Shown in pieces: positions 21,799-31,450 of a stretch of DNA of 64,000 nt (position 1 is its first letter; each line of letters begins with the position of its first letter). The notes below the pieces were generated by a model, which ran no database searches, was not told where the DNA came from, and worked only from the letters and a program-made list of their open reading frames with translations. Source of the DNA: Candidatus Altiarchaeales archaeon (GTDB lineage: Archaea > Altiarchaeota > Altiarchaeia > IMC4 > SCGC-AAA252-I15); NCBI GenBank assembly GCA_014727915.1, contig WJMO01000005.1, forward strand, positions 64,001 through 128,000, given 5' to 3'. The translations under genes and the position numbers were made by a program.

Positions 21799-23880
21799 AT
21801 GCCGCCTAACAACCCCCAGGAGCTCCTGCCCCCGACGATGACCCCCCTGGAGACCGAGCTCGCACTTGAAGTCATCGAGGAGAAGCACTCGGACGCAGGC
21901 TTGAACGTCCCAGTCGACAAGTATGAACAGCCGGGGGAGTACGCCTTGGCTGTCCTGAAGAGGCTCGCTGGAGGTGATGAGATACAACAGGAGGACTTCG
22001 GCCACCTCTGCTATGGGATGATCCAACTATTGGAGGAACGTGATTCGCCGCGGCAGGCGATAGCAGAGATGAACCATGCTGCCAGATCGCAGATGATAAG
22101 CAGGTGGGCGTCCCCCGCATGGGCGGCCTTCGCCGGATTGTCCGAAAGGGACTTGGCAGCGCTTGAAGGCGGCGGCATCGACGAATATGAGGCTGCAGTC
22201 AGGGACCTTAGCTTGAAGGCGTTCATGGCCCACCGCTCAGCCGGGTCCCTTGAGGGCCAGGCCAAGCTCACGGTCCTCTCTGACGCCTTCGAAAGCTACG
22301 GGAGGGCGGCGAACCTGTCCATGACATTGGCGGACATGTACCCGCCCCCTGACGAGGAACAGCGAATCATAACCTATGAGATGGTGGCTTATCGGCGTTA
22401 CAGGGCTGGTGTTGTCGCTTCTGACCAATACGCTGAGTCAGGAGAGCTAACCCACTTGAACTCATCATACGCTCAGCATAGGAGGTCGGCTGAGATAACA
22501 GAAGACCTGGTGACCATGGACGAGGCAGCAGGCAGGGACCAGAACCACCGCAACCACCGGCTTTTCGCTTCCATGAGGAGCGAATACGCCGCCGAGGCTG
22601 CGAAGGAGCTGGCAGACAAGAAATACGATGGGGGAGCAGTCAATGTCGGCATCGAATATGACAAGAAATCATACGCATACTACCTGAACGCGGCAAGACA
22701 CGGGGAGGGCATACAGGAACCTCACGTCACCTCCGTCCTATTCCTCAGGGCGGCTGACAGGTCTAGAAGGGCCTCCCAGAACCTGGAGGGACTTAGCGGG
22801 GGAACCCATGGGCTTTCCACCATAAAGAACGCGCTAAAATGGCTTGACCTATCACAGAGGGCCTACCGCATCTCGGCGTCCATAGCCCGCCATGACGACC
22901 TGGAAGACCCGGTGGACACACACAAGTACCGTTACCTGGTGGAAAGCCTCTCCTCGGAGACCTCGTTCAAGGCTGCGGTGATTTACTCCCGGAGGAAGCC
23001 CCCGGGCATGCAGGCTCAAGCGCCGATGTTCCTAAAGATGTTCAACATAGCATATGATAGCGCGCGCAGGGCGGCTCATGAAGCCGAGTCGGTCTGGCAG
23101 GAGGCGGAAGATATCGGCGAAGACGATGATGCCCTCAAGTACCGTCGGCTTCAGGCAAGACAGCACGCCTACGCAGGGGACGCGGCTCTTAAGAGGGCAG
23201 GTGTCAAAGTGGATAGGGGCGATGTTGGCGGGGAGATGAAGTGGCTCAAACGCTCCATCGGCCAGTTCCGAAGGTCCTCCGATGTCTTCAGGGAGCTGGG
23301 CATGGGCAAGGACGAGGCCGCCCAGCTGAGCTGGATGGGAGACGCGGCCTGGCAGATGGGGGACTTCACAACTTCATATGAGGCTTTCAATCGTTCAGCC
23401 CAGGTCAGTGAGGCGTTGGGTCTGAGGCCTTCAATAATGCGTGCCAGGTGGAGCTACTCTGCCAGGGCCTCGGAGGCTGTCGGAGACTACAACTCCGCAT
23501 ATGAACAGAACATGAAAGCGGTTGAAATATGGGGTGCCGGAGAACAGAGGCCGCAGGACTTCCATCATGTTGTGGGCAACAGGATAGCCGCAGGGAGGAA
23601 TGCGATGCAGATGTTCGGCCAGACAGGAGATGAACAGTGGAGACGCCGGGGGGTCGAGCAGCTCACACAGGCGCGTGAGGCCATCAGAAAGATAAACATG
23701 ACAGCCCCTGCCAAGCACAGGCACCGTCATGACAGCAGCTATGACCAGTCCCTCGAGTTGATCGAAGACCCGGAGCTAAGAGACCAGCTTTCACTATGCC
23801 CATACCGGCCTGATGGGAAACCGGTCTGGGATGGGAGGGAAATAGTCGATCCAAGGTGGAAGTGGCTCAGGCGCGTTTGA
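21799..23880 (+). CDS. Hypothetical 693-aa helical-repeat (TPR/SNAP-like) protein
   Basis: Long ORF, Ala/Tyr-rich amphipathic repeats (HRRSAEI, YRISASI, FRRSSDV, FNRSAQV; GDxxxAYE). Confidence 0.7.
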   Translation: MPPNNPQELLPPTMTPLETELALEVIEEKHSDAGLNVPVDKYEQPGEYALAVLKRLAGGDEIQQEDFGHLCYGMIQLLEERDSPRQAIAEMNHAARSQMISRWASPAWAAFAGLSERDLAALEGGGIDEYEAAVRDLSLKAFMAHRSAGSLEGQAKLTVLSDAFESYGRAANLSMTLADMYPPPDEEQRIITYEMVAYRRYRAGVVASDQYAESGELTHLNSSYAQHRRSAEITEDLVTMDEAAGRDQNHRNHRLFASMRSEYAAEAAKELADKKYDGGAVNVGIEYDKKSYAYYLNAARHGEGIQEPHVTSVLFLRAADRSRRASQNLEGLSGGTHGLSTIKNALKWLDLSQRAYRISASIARHDDLEDPVDTHKYRYLVESLSSETSFKAAVIYSRRKPPGMQAQAPMFLKMFNIAYDSARRAAHEAESVWQEAEDIGEDDDALKYRRLQARQHAYAGDAALKRAGVKVDRGDVGGEMKWLKRSIGQFRRSSDVFRELGMGKDEAAQLSWMGDAAWQMGDFTTSYEAFNRSAQVSEALGLRPSIMRARWSYSARASEAVGDYNSAYEQNMKAVEIWGAGEQRPQDFHHVVGNRIAAGRNAMQMFGQTGDEQWRRRGVEQLTQAREAIRKINMTAPAKHRHRHDSSYDQSLELIEDPELRDQLSLCPYRPDGKPVWDGREIVDPRWKWLRRV

Positions 23881-23883
23881 AGG

Positions 23884-24855
23884 TCATCTCAGGCGGAATC
23901 GTCTGGCGGTTTCTCCGTCGACTTGGGCGATTGTTTTTTCCGCGTCTATCGTGTCCCTCCACTCCATACCGTCTTCCCCCTGGAATCTCGCCCTGCCGTG
24001 CCTTCTTATCGTCATACCCCCAGATTCGCTGATCCTGAAGTCGTTGTGGCCTCCCATCTTCCTGCCACCGCCGAATTCGTCCACGTTGATCGTGGTCATA
24101 CCGTCTACCCCAATGGCTTCCACAGTCTTCTGGGTTGTTGTGAAGACCATGTCCTCCCGCGTCAATGCGGCGCTGCTCCAGCCTGCCAGTGCCTCTGGAA
24201 CCCCTTTTCCATGGGGGTGTCTGGTCTCGTCCCATTCCTGGTGGCCCATGGACACCTTGTCCACCTTATCTGCTGTGTTCTCCTGCAGCTCGTCAAACAA
24301 CCGTTTGGCTTCGCTGTACCTTCCCCTACCGATTAGGGTGAGTAGGTTGGGTTTGACCTCCTTCCCGGTGTCCGGGGTGATAACAGCCTCTGAACCCATG
24401 CTTCTATAGAACCGGGGGCTGCCCTGGCTCATATCCACCCTGAAAACACGGTCAGCATGTTTTGGATATATCAGTATCTCCTCCCTGAACTGGCCTCCCC
24501 TGTCTTTCACTTCAAGATAGGCGGTGGCTCCCTCTTCCAGTTGCACCCTGGCCTGCGCCTGAAACGTCGACCCCTCGAAACAGGGTTTCAACCCATTGCT
24601 CCAGCTTGTGATACCGTTCTCTCTGATGCCCTGGTGGGCTGCCTGCGCAAACCCCGCAGCCTTCTCCAAACCCTCGGCAAAAGGCCGGTTAACCGTGTTA
24701 CCTGCGAATTCCTGCCATCCCCCTTGGACTTTTTCCGCCTGGGTTGCAGTCCCTGGCATCTGACCATGCACTCCACCCGGTTCCTTGACAACGCCCATAA
24801 TCAAATCTTGGATGGACGGGTTAATAAGATGCAGAAACGGGGTTTTCTCTTCCAA
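23884..24855 (-). CDS. Hypothetical protein (about 305-323 aa, start uncertain)
   Basis: Longest ORF in the interval, convergent with the TPR-like gene; no recognised motif. Confidence 0.6.
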   Translation of the reverse strand: MEEKTPFLHLINPSIQDLIMGVVKEPGGVHGQMPGTATQAEKVQGGWQEFAGNTVNRPFAEGLEKAAGFAQAAHQGIRENGITSWSNGLKPCFEGSTFQAQARVQLEEGATAYLEVKDRGGQFREEILIYPKHADRVFRVDMSQGSPRFYRSMGSEAVITPDTGKEVKPNLLTLIGRGRYSEAKRLFDELQENTADKVDKVSMGHQEWDETRHPHGKGVPEALAGWSSAALTREDMVFTTTQKTVEAIGVDGMTTINVDEFGGGRKMGGHNDFRISESGGMTIRRHGRARFQGEDGMEWRDTIDAEKTIAQVDGETARRFRLR

Positions 24856-25010
24856 GCCCGGAAACCTCTCTTTTATATAGTACTTCTACCTATATGTTGT
24901 AACCGTTTTTTGGCGGGTGAATTGGTGGCCCACAGCTGTTCTGGTGGGGTTCCAAGACTCATCTGTCAAGGGTTAGTCAAAGTCTGAATCAGGTTTTTCT
25001 GGTTGAGAAA

Positions 25011-25439
25011 ATGGGTAAAGGAGAATTCGCAGCTAAGAAGCTGAAGGAATCACGCAGGCACTTCCGGTGGAAGAAGACAGACTACAGCAGGAGAGTGTTG
25101 AATCTGAAGGAGAGGCACGACCCGCTGGAGGGCGCCCCGCAGGCGAGGGGCATCGTATTGGAGAAGGTCGGCATCGAGGCCAAGCAGCCTAACTCCGCTA
25201 TCAGGAAGTGTGTGCGGGTTCAGCTGATTAAGAACGGCAGGCAGGTGACTGCGTTCGCTCCCCAGAACCGGGCCATAACATTCATCGACGAGCACGACCA
25301 GGTGCTGATCGAGGGATTGGGCGGCAGGAAGGGCCGGTCCATGGGCGACCTGTCCGGCGTGCGTTACAAGGTGATCAAAGTCAACGACATTTCATTGAAC
25401 GAGCTCGTCCACGGGCGGAAGGAGAAGCCACAGAGGTGA
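25011..25439 (+). CDS. rps12: 30S ribosomal protein S12 (uS12)
   Basis: [21 protein letters not shown]. Confidence 0.98.
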   Translation: MGKGEFAAKKLKESRRHFRWKKTDYSRRVLNLKERHDPLEGAPQARGIVLEKVGIEAKQPNSAIRKCVRVQLIKNGRQVTAFAPQNRAITFIDEHDQVLIEGLGGRKGRSMGDLSGVRYKVIKVNDISLNELVHGRKEKPQR

Positions 25440-25443
25440 TAAG

Positions 25444-25833
25444 ATGAGACACGACCCACTTAACGACGCGATATCGACCATCAAGAACGCGGAGCGGACC
25501 GGAAAGAGCGAGTGCATGCTGAAGCCGGCGACCAAGCTGCTGGTGAGCGTGCTGCACATATTCCAGGAGAACGGTTACATCGGAGAATACGAGGTCGAAG
25601 GCAACAGGAGGGGCGGCTCTGTCAGAGTGAAGTTGATACGGCACATCAACGACTGCGGGGTCATCAAGCCGCGGTTCCCCGTAAAGAACCAGGATTTCAT
25701 ACAGTGGGAGAAGAGATATCTCCCCTCACGGGGTTTCGGGCTTTTGGTCGTGACCACACCCCAGGGCGTGATGAGCCACGAGGAAGCGAAGGACAAGGGC
25801 ATCGGCGGAAGGCTGATAGCCTACGCATACTAA
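25444..25833 (+). CDS. rps8: 30S ribosomal protein S8 (uS8)
   Basis: [41 protein letters not shown]. Confidence 0.97.
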   Translation: MRHDPLNDAISTIKNAERTGKSECMLKPATKLLVSVLHIFQENGYIGEYEVEGNRRGGSVRVKLIRHINDCGVIKPRFPVKNQDFIQWEKRYLPSRGFGLLVVTTPQGVMSHEEAKDKGIGGRLIAYAY

Positions 25834-25834
25834 G

Positions 25835-26404
25835 ATGAGCAACACGGATAAGAAGCACCACGGCGAACTTGAAGTCGGCCTGGTCGAGGGCGTCGAAGTG
25901 GACGCGAAGGGCCGGACCATCACTGTCAAGGGTCCTAAGGGAGAGCTTACCCGGAAGTTCAGGGAGGACTTCATCAGCTTCAAACCACATGATGGGCGAA
26001 TCCGGATACAGGCAAAGAGCAAGAGGCTGCCTTTGAGGAAGCAGATGGCGATCATGGGGACCATCGCGGGGCACATAAGGAACATGATGGAGGGCGTGAC
26101 CGACGGGTTCACCTACAAGCTCCGGGTCGTGTACTCGCATTTCCCCATGAAGGCGATGGTCCAGGGAAGCGAGTTCGTCATAGACAACTTCCTCGGGGAG
26201 AAGCACCCCCGCCGCACGAAAATATTGGATGGTGTGTCGGTGGATGTGAAGGGCAACGAGGTAGTTGTATCGGGTATAGACAAGGAGAGCGTGGGTCAGA
26301 CCGCTGCCAACATAGAGCAGCTAACCAGGATCAAGAACCTTGACGTCCGCATATTCCAGGACGGCATATACATAATCGAAAAAGCAGGCAAACCGGTATT
26401 ATGA
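25835..26404 (+). CDS. rpl6: 50S ribosomal protein L6
   Basis: [25 protein letters not shown]. Confidence 0.96.
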   Translation: MSNTDKKHHGELEVGLVEGVEVDAKGRTITVKGPKGELTRKFREDFISFKPHDGRIRIQAKSKRLPLRKQMAIMGTIAGHIRNMMEGVTDGFTYKLRVVYSHFPMKAMVQGSEFVIDNFLGEKHPRRTKILDGVSVDVKGNEVVVSGIDKESVGQTAANIEQLTRIKNLDVRIFQDGIYIIEKAGKPVL

Positions 26405-27114
26405 AGATGGCTGAGGCGAAATCAAAAAAGAAGAAGGCGAAGAAGCCCGCGAAAAAGGACGGCAAGCCCAAGGAGAAGTCCGCAGCCAAGAAGGCTGTCA
26501 AGAAGAAGGCTAAGAAGTCCGCAGCCAAGAAGAAGCCGGCGGAGAAGAAATCAGACGATTCGAAATCCGCAGGGAAGAAGGCTGTCAAGAAGAAGGCTAA
26601 GAAGTCCGCAGCCAAGAAGGAAGAGCCCGAGGCTAAGGAGGACGTCAAGGTTGGGGCCGAGCCTGAGGTGAAGGCCGAGGCGAAGCCCGAGGAGTCGAAG
26701 CCGAAGGTCAAGGCTGAGAAGCCGGTGGCCAAGATCAAGTACCTTCCGAAGGCGGATGCTGGGGAGCCTGCCAAGAAGAAGCCAAAGTTCAACCGCCAGG
26801 AGCTTCCGAGGCTGCCCAGGGTCAAGGACAAGTGGAGACACCCCAGGGGGATAGACAGCAAGAAGATCGAGAGCAAGAGGGGCAAGGGAGCTCTGCCGTC
26901 CATCGGATACAAGAAGCCCAAGGCCGTTTCAGGCTTGCAGTATGGTTTCCGCCCGGTCCAGGTTCACAACTTGGACGGCCTGAAGGACATCAACCCGGAC
27001 GTGGAGGCGGCTGTGATAGCATCATGTGTGGGGCGGAAGAAGAGGAACATGATAATCGAGGAGGCTAACAAGCTCAAGATAACCATATTGAACCCTCGGA
27101 GGGGTGAGGCATGA
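26401..27114 (+). CDS. rpl32e: 50S ribosomal protein L32e with long Lys/Ala-rich N-terminal extension
   Basis: [26 protein letters not shown] in the C-terminal half. Confidence 0.92.
   Translation: MKMAEAKSKKKKAKKPAKKDGKPKEKSAAKKAVKKKAKKSAAKKKPAEKKSDDSKSAGKKAVKKKAKKSAAKKEEPEAKEDVKVGAEPEVKAEAKPEESKPKVKAEKPVAKIKYLPKADAGEPAKKKPKFNRQELPRLPRVKDKWRHPRGIDSKKIESKRGKGALPSIGYKKPKAVSGLQYGFRPVQVHNLDGLKDINPDVEAAVIASCVGRKKRNMIIEEANKLKITILNPRRGEA
26488..26619 (+). repeat. Two identical 45-bp copies (26488-26532, 26575-26619) encoding [15 protein letters not shown]
   Basis: Direct sequence comparison. Confidence 0.85.
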
Positions 27115-27551
27115 ACCTTAGGAACCAGAGGAGACTGGCGGCGGAGGTCTTGAAGGTCGGCGTCAACAGGGTCAAGTTCGACGGTGAGCGCCTGGAGGAC
27201 ATATCCGAGGCGTTGACCCGCGACGACATACGAACACTCATCAAATCCGGGGCCATATCCAGGAAGCCTGTCAAGGGCGTTTCCCGCGGCCGTGCCCGTG
27301 AGAGGGAGCGGCAGAAGGAGAAGGGCAGGCGAAGGGGGAAGGGCCATCGGAGGGGAACCTCCAATGCGAGGGCTCCCCGGAAGCGGGAGTGGATCCGGAA
27401 GATAAGGGCGGTCCGCGACGAGCTCAGGAAGCTGAAGGAGAAGAAGGAGATAACAGTCCCAGAGTATCGTAAGCTTTACAATCAGGCTAAGGGTAACCTG
27501 TTCCAGAGCAGGAGGCACCTGCGGGAGCATATCGAGAGGATGAGGAGGTAA
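27111..27551 (+). CDS. rpl19e: 50S ribosomal protein L19e
   Basis: [32 protein letters not shown]. Confidence 0.96.
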   Translation: MNLRNQRRLAAEVLKVGVNRVKFDGERLEDISEALTRDDIRTLIKSGAISRKPVKGVSRGRARERERQKEKGRRRGKGHRRGTSNARAPRKREWIRKIRAVRDELRKLKEKKEITVPEYRKLYNQAKGNLFQSRRHLREHIERMRR

Positions 27552-27553
27552 AA

Positions 27554-28078
27554 TTGGCTACTGGCGCTACATACAGTGTGAGGTACCGGAGGAAGAGGCA
27601 GCAGAAGACGGACTACAAGCGCAGGCTCAACCTCCTCAAGTCGGAGACCACGCGTTTTGTTGTCCGACCCACCAACAAGAACACAATCGCACAGCTAATC
27701 GAGTACAGCGAGGATGGGGACAAGGTAGTCGCCCAGGCCAACTCCGGCGAGCTGAAGAAGATGGGATGGGCCCACAGCACCTCCAACACCCCCGCAGCGT
27801 ACCTTTCAGGGTTGCTCTGCGGTGTGAGAGGCAGGGAGAAGGGCGTTGAGAAGGCTGTTTTGGACACGGGGTTATATCCGATGATCAGGGGTTCGAGGAT
27901 ATATGCCGCCTTGAAGGGTCTGATAGACTCGGGCGTGGAGTCCGGGGCGGACGAGGTGATCTTCCCCGCCGAGGACAGGATACGCGGGAAGGTTATAGCA
28001 GCATATGTTGAACGCTCAAAGAACATCGAGGCAGACTTCGACAAGGTCAAGGCTTCGATATTGAAGTCAAGCAAGTGA
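27554..28078 (+). CDS. rpl18: 50S ribosomal protein L18 (TTG start)
   Basis: KTDYKRRL, NTPAAYLSG, AVLDTG, YAALKG. Confidence 0.95.
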   Translation: MATGATYSVRYRRKRQQKTDYKRRLNLLKSETTRFVVRPTNKNTIAQLIEYSEDGDKVVAQANSGELKKMGWAHSTSNTPAAYLSGLLCGVRGREKGVEKAVLDTGLYPMIRGSRIYAALKGLIDSGVESGADEVIFPAEDRIRGKVIAAYVERSKNIEADFDKVKASILKSSK

Positions 28079-29043
28079 TGATAATGGCTGAAGAAGACAA
28101 GCCCAAGGGCGAAGAGGAGAAGAAGTTGGCTGAGAAGCCTAAAACCGGTGAGAAGCCCAAGACGGTGGATAAGGCTGAGGCTAAGCCAAAGGATAAGGAA
28201 GCTAGACCGGAGAAGAAGCCTGAGGAGAAGAAGCCTGAGGAGAAGAAGCCCGAAGCCAAGCCTAGGTCTGAAGCTTCTGAGAAAACGGCTGCCGGCAGGG
28301 ATTCCAGGGATTCCAGTCGTGGAGGACGGCCTAGAGAGCGCAGGTTCCCACCACGTGACGACGAGGAAGTCAAAGTCTGGAAGCCCAAGACAAAACTGGG
28401 TTGGAAGGTCCACAACGGCGAGATCACCTCGATGCACGAGGTCATGCAACAGTCCTCGCCGATAAAGGAGGTGGAGATAATAGACAAGCTGCTACCCGAA
28501 CTCCAGGAGGAGATACTCGACGTCGGCCGGGTCCAGAGGGTCACAGACTCCGGTAGGAGGATGAGATTCAGGATAGTCGCCGCCGTAGGTAACAGGGACG
28601 GGTACTTCGGCGTAGGCGAGTCAAAGGGGAAGGAAGCAGGCCCCACCATAAGGAAGAGCATAGAGCGCGCCAAGCTCAACATCAAAGAAGTCAAGAGGGG
28701 CTGCGGAAGCTGGGAGTGCGGATGCGGCAACCCACACACGGTCCCGTTCCTCGTGTCCGGGAAGGAAGGCAGCGTCAACGTCACCTTAAGACCCGCGCCA
28801 CGTGGCGTTGGGATAGTCAGCGGCGAGCTGGCCAAGACCATACTCTCACTCGCAGGCATAAAGGACGTTTGGGTCAGCACCAAAGGTCACACGCGAACCG
28901 GGATAAACTTCGCGCGTGCTGTGATCAACGCGTTGGAGAATACCAACTACGTCAAGATAAAGGAAGGAGACAACGAATGCCTCAACATAGTGGCTGGGCA
29001 GTCCAAGCAGCCCGAACCCGTTGTTGAAGAGGTACAGTCATGA
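28075..29043 (+). CDS. rps5: 30S ribosomal protein S5 with charged N-terminal extension
   Basis: WKPKTKLG, VQRVTDSGR, RGCGSWECGC, PAPRGVG. Confidence 0.96.
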   Translation: MMIMAEEDKPKGEEEKKLAEKPKTGEKPKTVDKAEAKPKDKEARPEKKPEEKKPEEKKPEAKPRSEASEKTAAGRDSRDSSRGGRPRERRFPPRDDEEVKVWKPKTKLGWKVHNGEITSMHEVMQQSSPIKEVEIIDKLLPELQEEILDVGRVQRVTDSGRRMRFRIVAAVGNRDGYFGVGESKGKEAGPTIRKSIERAKLNIKEVKRGCGSWECGCGNPHTVPFLVSGKEGSVNVTLRPAPRGVGIVSGELAKTILSLAGIKDVWVSTKGHTRTGINFARAVINALENTNYVKIKEGDNECLNIVAGQSKQPEPVVEEVQS

Positions 29044-29516
29044 GCGGATCACTGGTAATCGTCAGGGTGCGGGGCAGAACCCACATAAAGGCCAACATAG
29101 AGGACACTATGAAAATGCTCTCCATAACCCGGAAGAACCACTGCACCATCGTCCCTGACAACCCCGAATACAGGGGGATGGTGACGAAAGCCAACGACTA
29201 CATCGCATGGGGCGAGGCGGACGAGAAGACCACAGCCAAACTACTAAGCGAAAGGGGAAAGGTCGAAGGCGGGAAAAAGCTCTCAGACTCGCATGTCAAG
29301 GATAACAGCAGCTTCACAGACATCAAATCCTTCGCGAAGGCCGTGTCAGCCGGCGAAGCCAAGCTCAAGGACGTCAAAGGATTGAAGCCCTTGTTCAGGC
29401 TTAACCCTCCTAAGAAGGGGTTCGAGCGCAAGGGCATAAAAAAACCCTACTCTGTGGGCGGAGCCCTCGGATACAGGGGCGAAAAGATAAGCGAACTGAT
29501 AGGGAGGATGATGTGA
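29040..29516 (+). CDS. rpl30: 50S ribosomal protein L30
   Basis: VRVRG, YIAWGE, FRLNPPKKG, GGALGYRG. Confidence 0.95.
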   Translation: MSGSLVIVRVRGRTHIKANIEDTMKMLSITRKNHCTIVPDNPEYRGMVTKANDYIAWGEADEKTTAKLLSERGKVEGGKKLSDSHVKDNSSFTDIKSFAKAVSAGEAKLKDVKGLKPLFRLNPPKKGFERKGIKKPYSVGGALGYRGEKISELIGRMM

Positions 29517-30019
29517 TGGCCCACGGATCTCGCAAGACCAACAGGCTGAGGGGCAGCAGGACCCACGGATACGGCAACGCCCAAAAGCACAGGGGAGCCG
29601 GTAGCAGGGGCGGCCGGGGAATGTCAGGCAGCAAGAAGCAGAAGTGGGCTCGCATATCCAAGAACATGAAAGGATACTTCGGTAAGAAGGGTTTCAAAAG
29701 GCATAAGACCACAGTGGAAGACGTTAAGACCATGAACGTGGGCTACCTCTCGGACCACATAGGCAGATTGGTCTCAGAGGGCGCTGCGACAGAGTCCAAG
29801 GGAGCCTACACTATAGACCTTGCCGCGTCAGGCATAGGCAAGCTATTGGGCGCGGGCAAAGTCGAATCCAAACTCAATATCACAGTCAACAGCTGCTCTC
29901 CCCGGGCGAGGGAGAAGATAGAGGCAGCCGGAGGGACCGTTGAGGTCCAGAAGGCCGAGGACGAATTCCTGGAAGCCCAGTCAGGGGAAGAAGCTGAAGA
30001 CAGTGAATCCGGTGAGTAA
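29513..30019 (+). CDS. rpl15: 50S ribosomal protein L15
   Basis: RGSRTHGYG, HRGAGSRGGRG, FGKKGF, KLLGAG, KIEAAGG. Confidence 0.96.
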   Translation: MMAHGSRKTNRLRGSRTHGYGNAQKHRGAGSRGGRGMSGSKKQKWARISKNMKGYFGKKGFKRHKTTVEDVKTMNVGYLSDHIGRLVSEGAATESKGAYTIDLAASGIGKLLGAGKVESKLNITVNSCSPRAREKIEAAGGTVEVQKAEDEFLEAQSGEEAEDSESGE

Positions 30020-31414
30020 ATGAATCTAGAGTTCGTCAGACCGTTCCTCAGGTTCCTCCCTGAGATAAAGATACCAGCGGGTAAGGTTCCGTTCAAGGAG
30101 AAGCTGATATGGACGTCGGTCGTCCTCATATTGTTCTACATAATGGGCAACATCTACCCATATGGGGTCACCCGCGAGAGCCTTTCAGAACACATAAGCG
30201 GTTTCGAGCAGATGACCATGATATTCGCCAGCAGCATCGGCTCGCTAACATCCGTCGGAATAGGCCCCATCGTAACTGCGTCTATCATACTTCAGCTGCT
30301 CACAGGCGCGGAGATGATAGACGTCGACCTGAAGACAAAGGAGGGCAAGGCTCTGTTCCAAGGCGCCCAGAAGATACTCACCATATTGATAGCTTTCTTC
30401 GAAGCTGGCGCGCTGGTCGTCGCGACCAACATGGTCGAAGGCACCGGCTTGATAGCTTTCACAGTATTCCAGATAGCCTTAGGCTCCATATTGCTGATGT
30501 ACATGGACGAGATCGTGTCAAAGTGGGGCATCGGCTCCGGGATATCATTGTTCATCGCAGGCGGGGTATCCCAGACGATAATAACCGGCTCGTTCAACCC
30601 GCTGAAGGGCGTCGGAGGTTTGAGGTTCGCAGGATACCTACCCAACTTCGTCGACCAGATGATATCAGGAAGCATGAACATAGCGTTGATAGCTCCCCTG
30701 ATAGCCACTGTGATCGTTTTCATAATAGTCGTCTACGGAGAGTCCATGCGGCTTGAGATACCCCTCGCCCACGGAGGCGTCCGAGGCGTCGGAGGCAGGT
30801 TCCCGCTGAAGTTCTTCTACGTCAGCAACATACCCGTCATATTGGCCGCCGCCCTGCTGATGAACGTCCGCATGTGGACCAGCTTCGTCGGAGTCGACAT
30901 ACAGTCGGGGATGGTGCCTGAGAACATGACAGTCTTCCAGAACATAATCTACACCATCGCCAACTACATCACCATGGGCAACCTTTACGGGATACTCCAG
31001 CCAGGCAACTGGCACATGCTATCGGACATATCCATATTCATCCACCTGCTCATATACATAGTGGTATTCTGCGCCCTCTGCGTCTTGTTCGGGCAGTTCT
31101 GGGTGCAGACGACCGGCTTGGACAGCGAGAGCGTAGCCAAGCAGATACAGGAGTATGGGATGCAGATACCAGGTTACCGGAGGGACAAGCGCATAGTAAA
31201 GAACGTCCTCGACCGTTACATACCTCAGATAACCATAATTAGCAGCGTGGCCGTTGGGTTGGTGGCGGCCGTAGCAGACCTAATGGGCGCCCTAGGCTCC
31301 GGCACCGGCATACTCCTGACTGTGGGCATCATCTACAGGCTCTACGAGGAGATCAGGCGGGAGCAGATGGCTGACATGAGCCCCATGTTCCGCAGGTTCA
31401 TGGGCAAGGCATAA
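30020..31414 (+). CDS. secY: Preprotein translocase SecY
   Basis: GIGPIVTASIILQLL, KWGIGSGISLFI, YVSNIPVIL, IPGYR, GSGTGILLTV. Confidence 0.97.
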   Translation: MNLEFVRPFLRFLPEIKIPAGKVPFKEKLIWTSVVLILFYIMGNIYPYGVTRESLSEHISGFEQMTMIFASSIGSLTSVGIGPIVTASIILQLLTGAEMIDVDLKTKEGKALFQGAQKILTILIAFFEAGALVVATNMVEGTGLIAFTVFQIALGSILLMYMDEIVSKWGIGSGISLFIAGGVSQTIITGSFNPLKGVGGLRFAGYLPNFVDQMISGSMNIALIAPLIATVIVFIIVVYGESMRLEIPLAHGGVRGVGGRFPLKFFYVSNIPVILAAALLMNVRMWTSFVGVDIQSGMVPENMTVFQNIIYTIANYITMGNLYGILQPGNWHMLSDISIFIHLLIYIVVFCALCVLFGQFWVQTTGLDSESVAKQIQEYGMQIPGYRRDKRIVKNVLDRYIPQITIISSVAVGLVAAVADLMGALGSGTGILLTVGIIYRLYEEIRREQMADMSPMFRRFMGKA

Positions 31415-31450
31415 AACCGTTTTATTTCCCTCCTCCCACAATCATTTACC

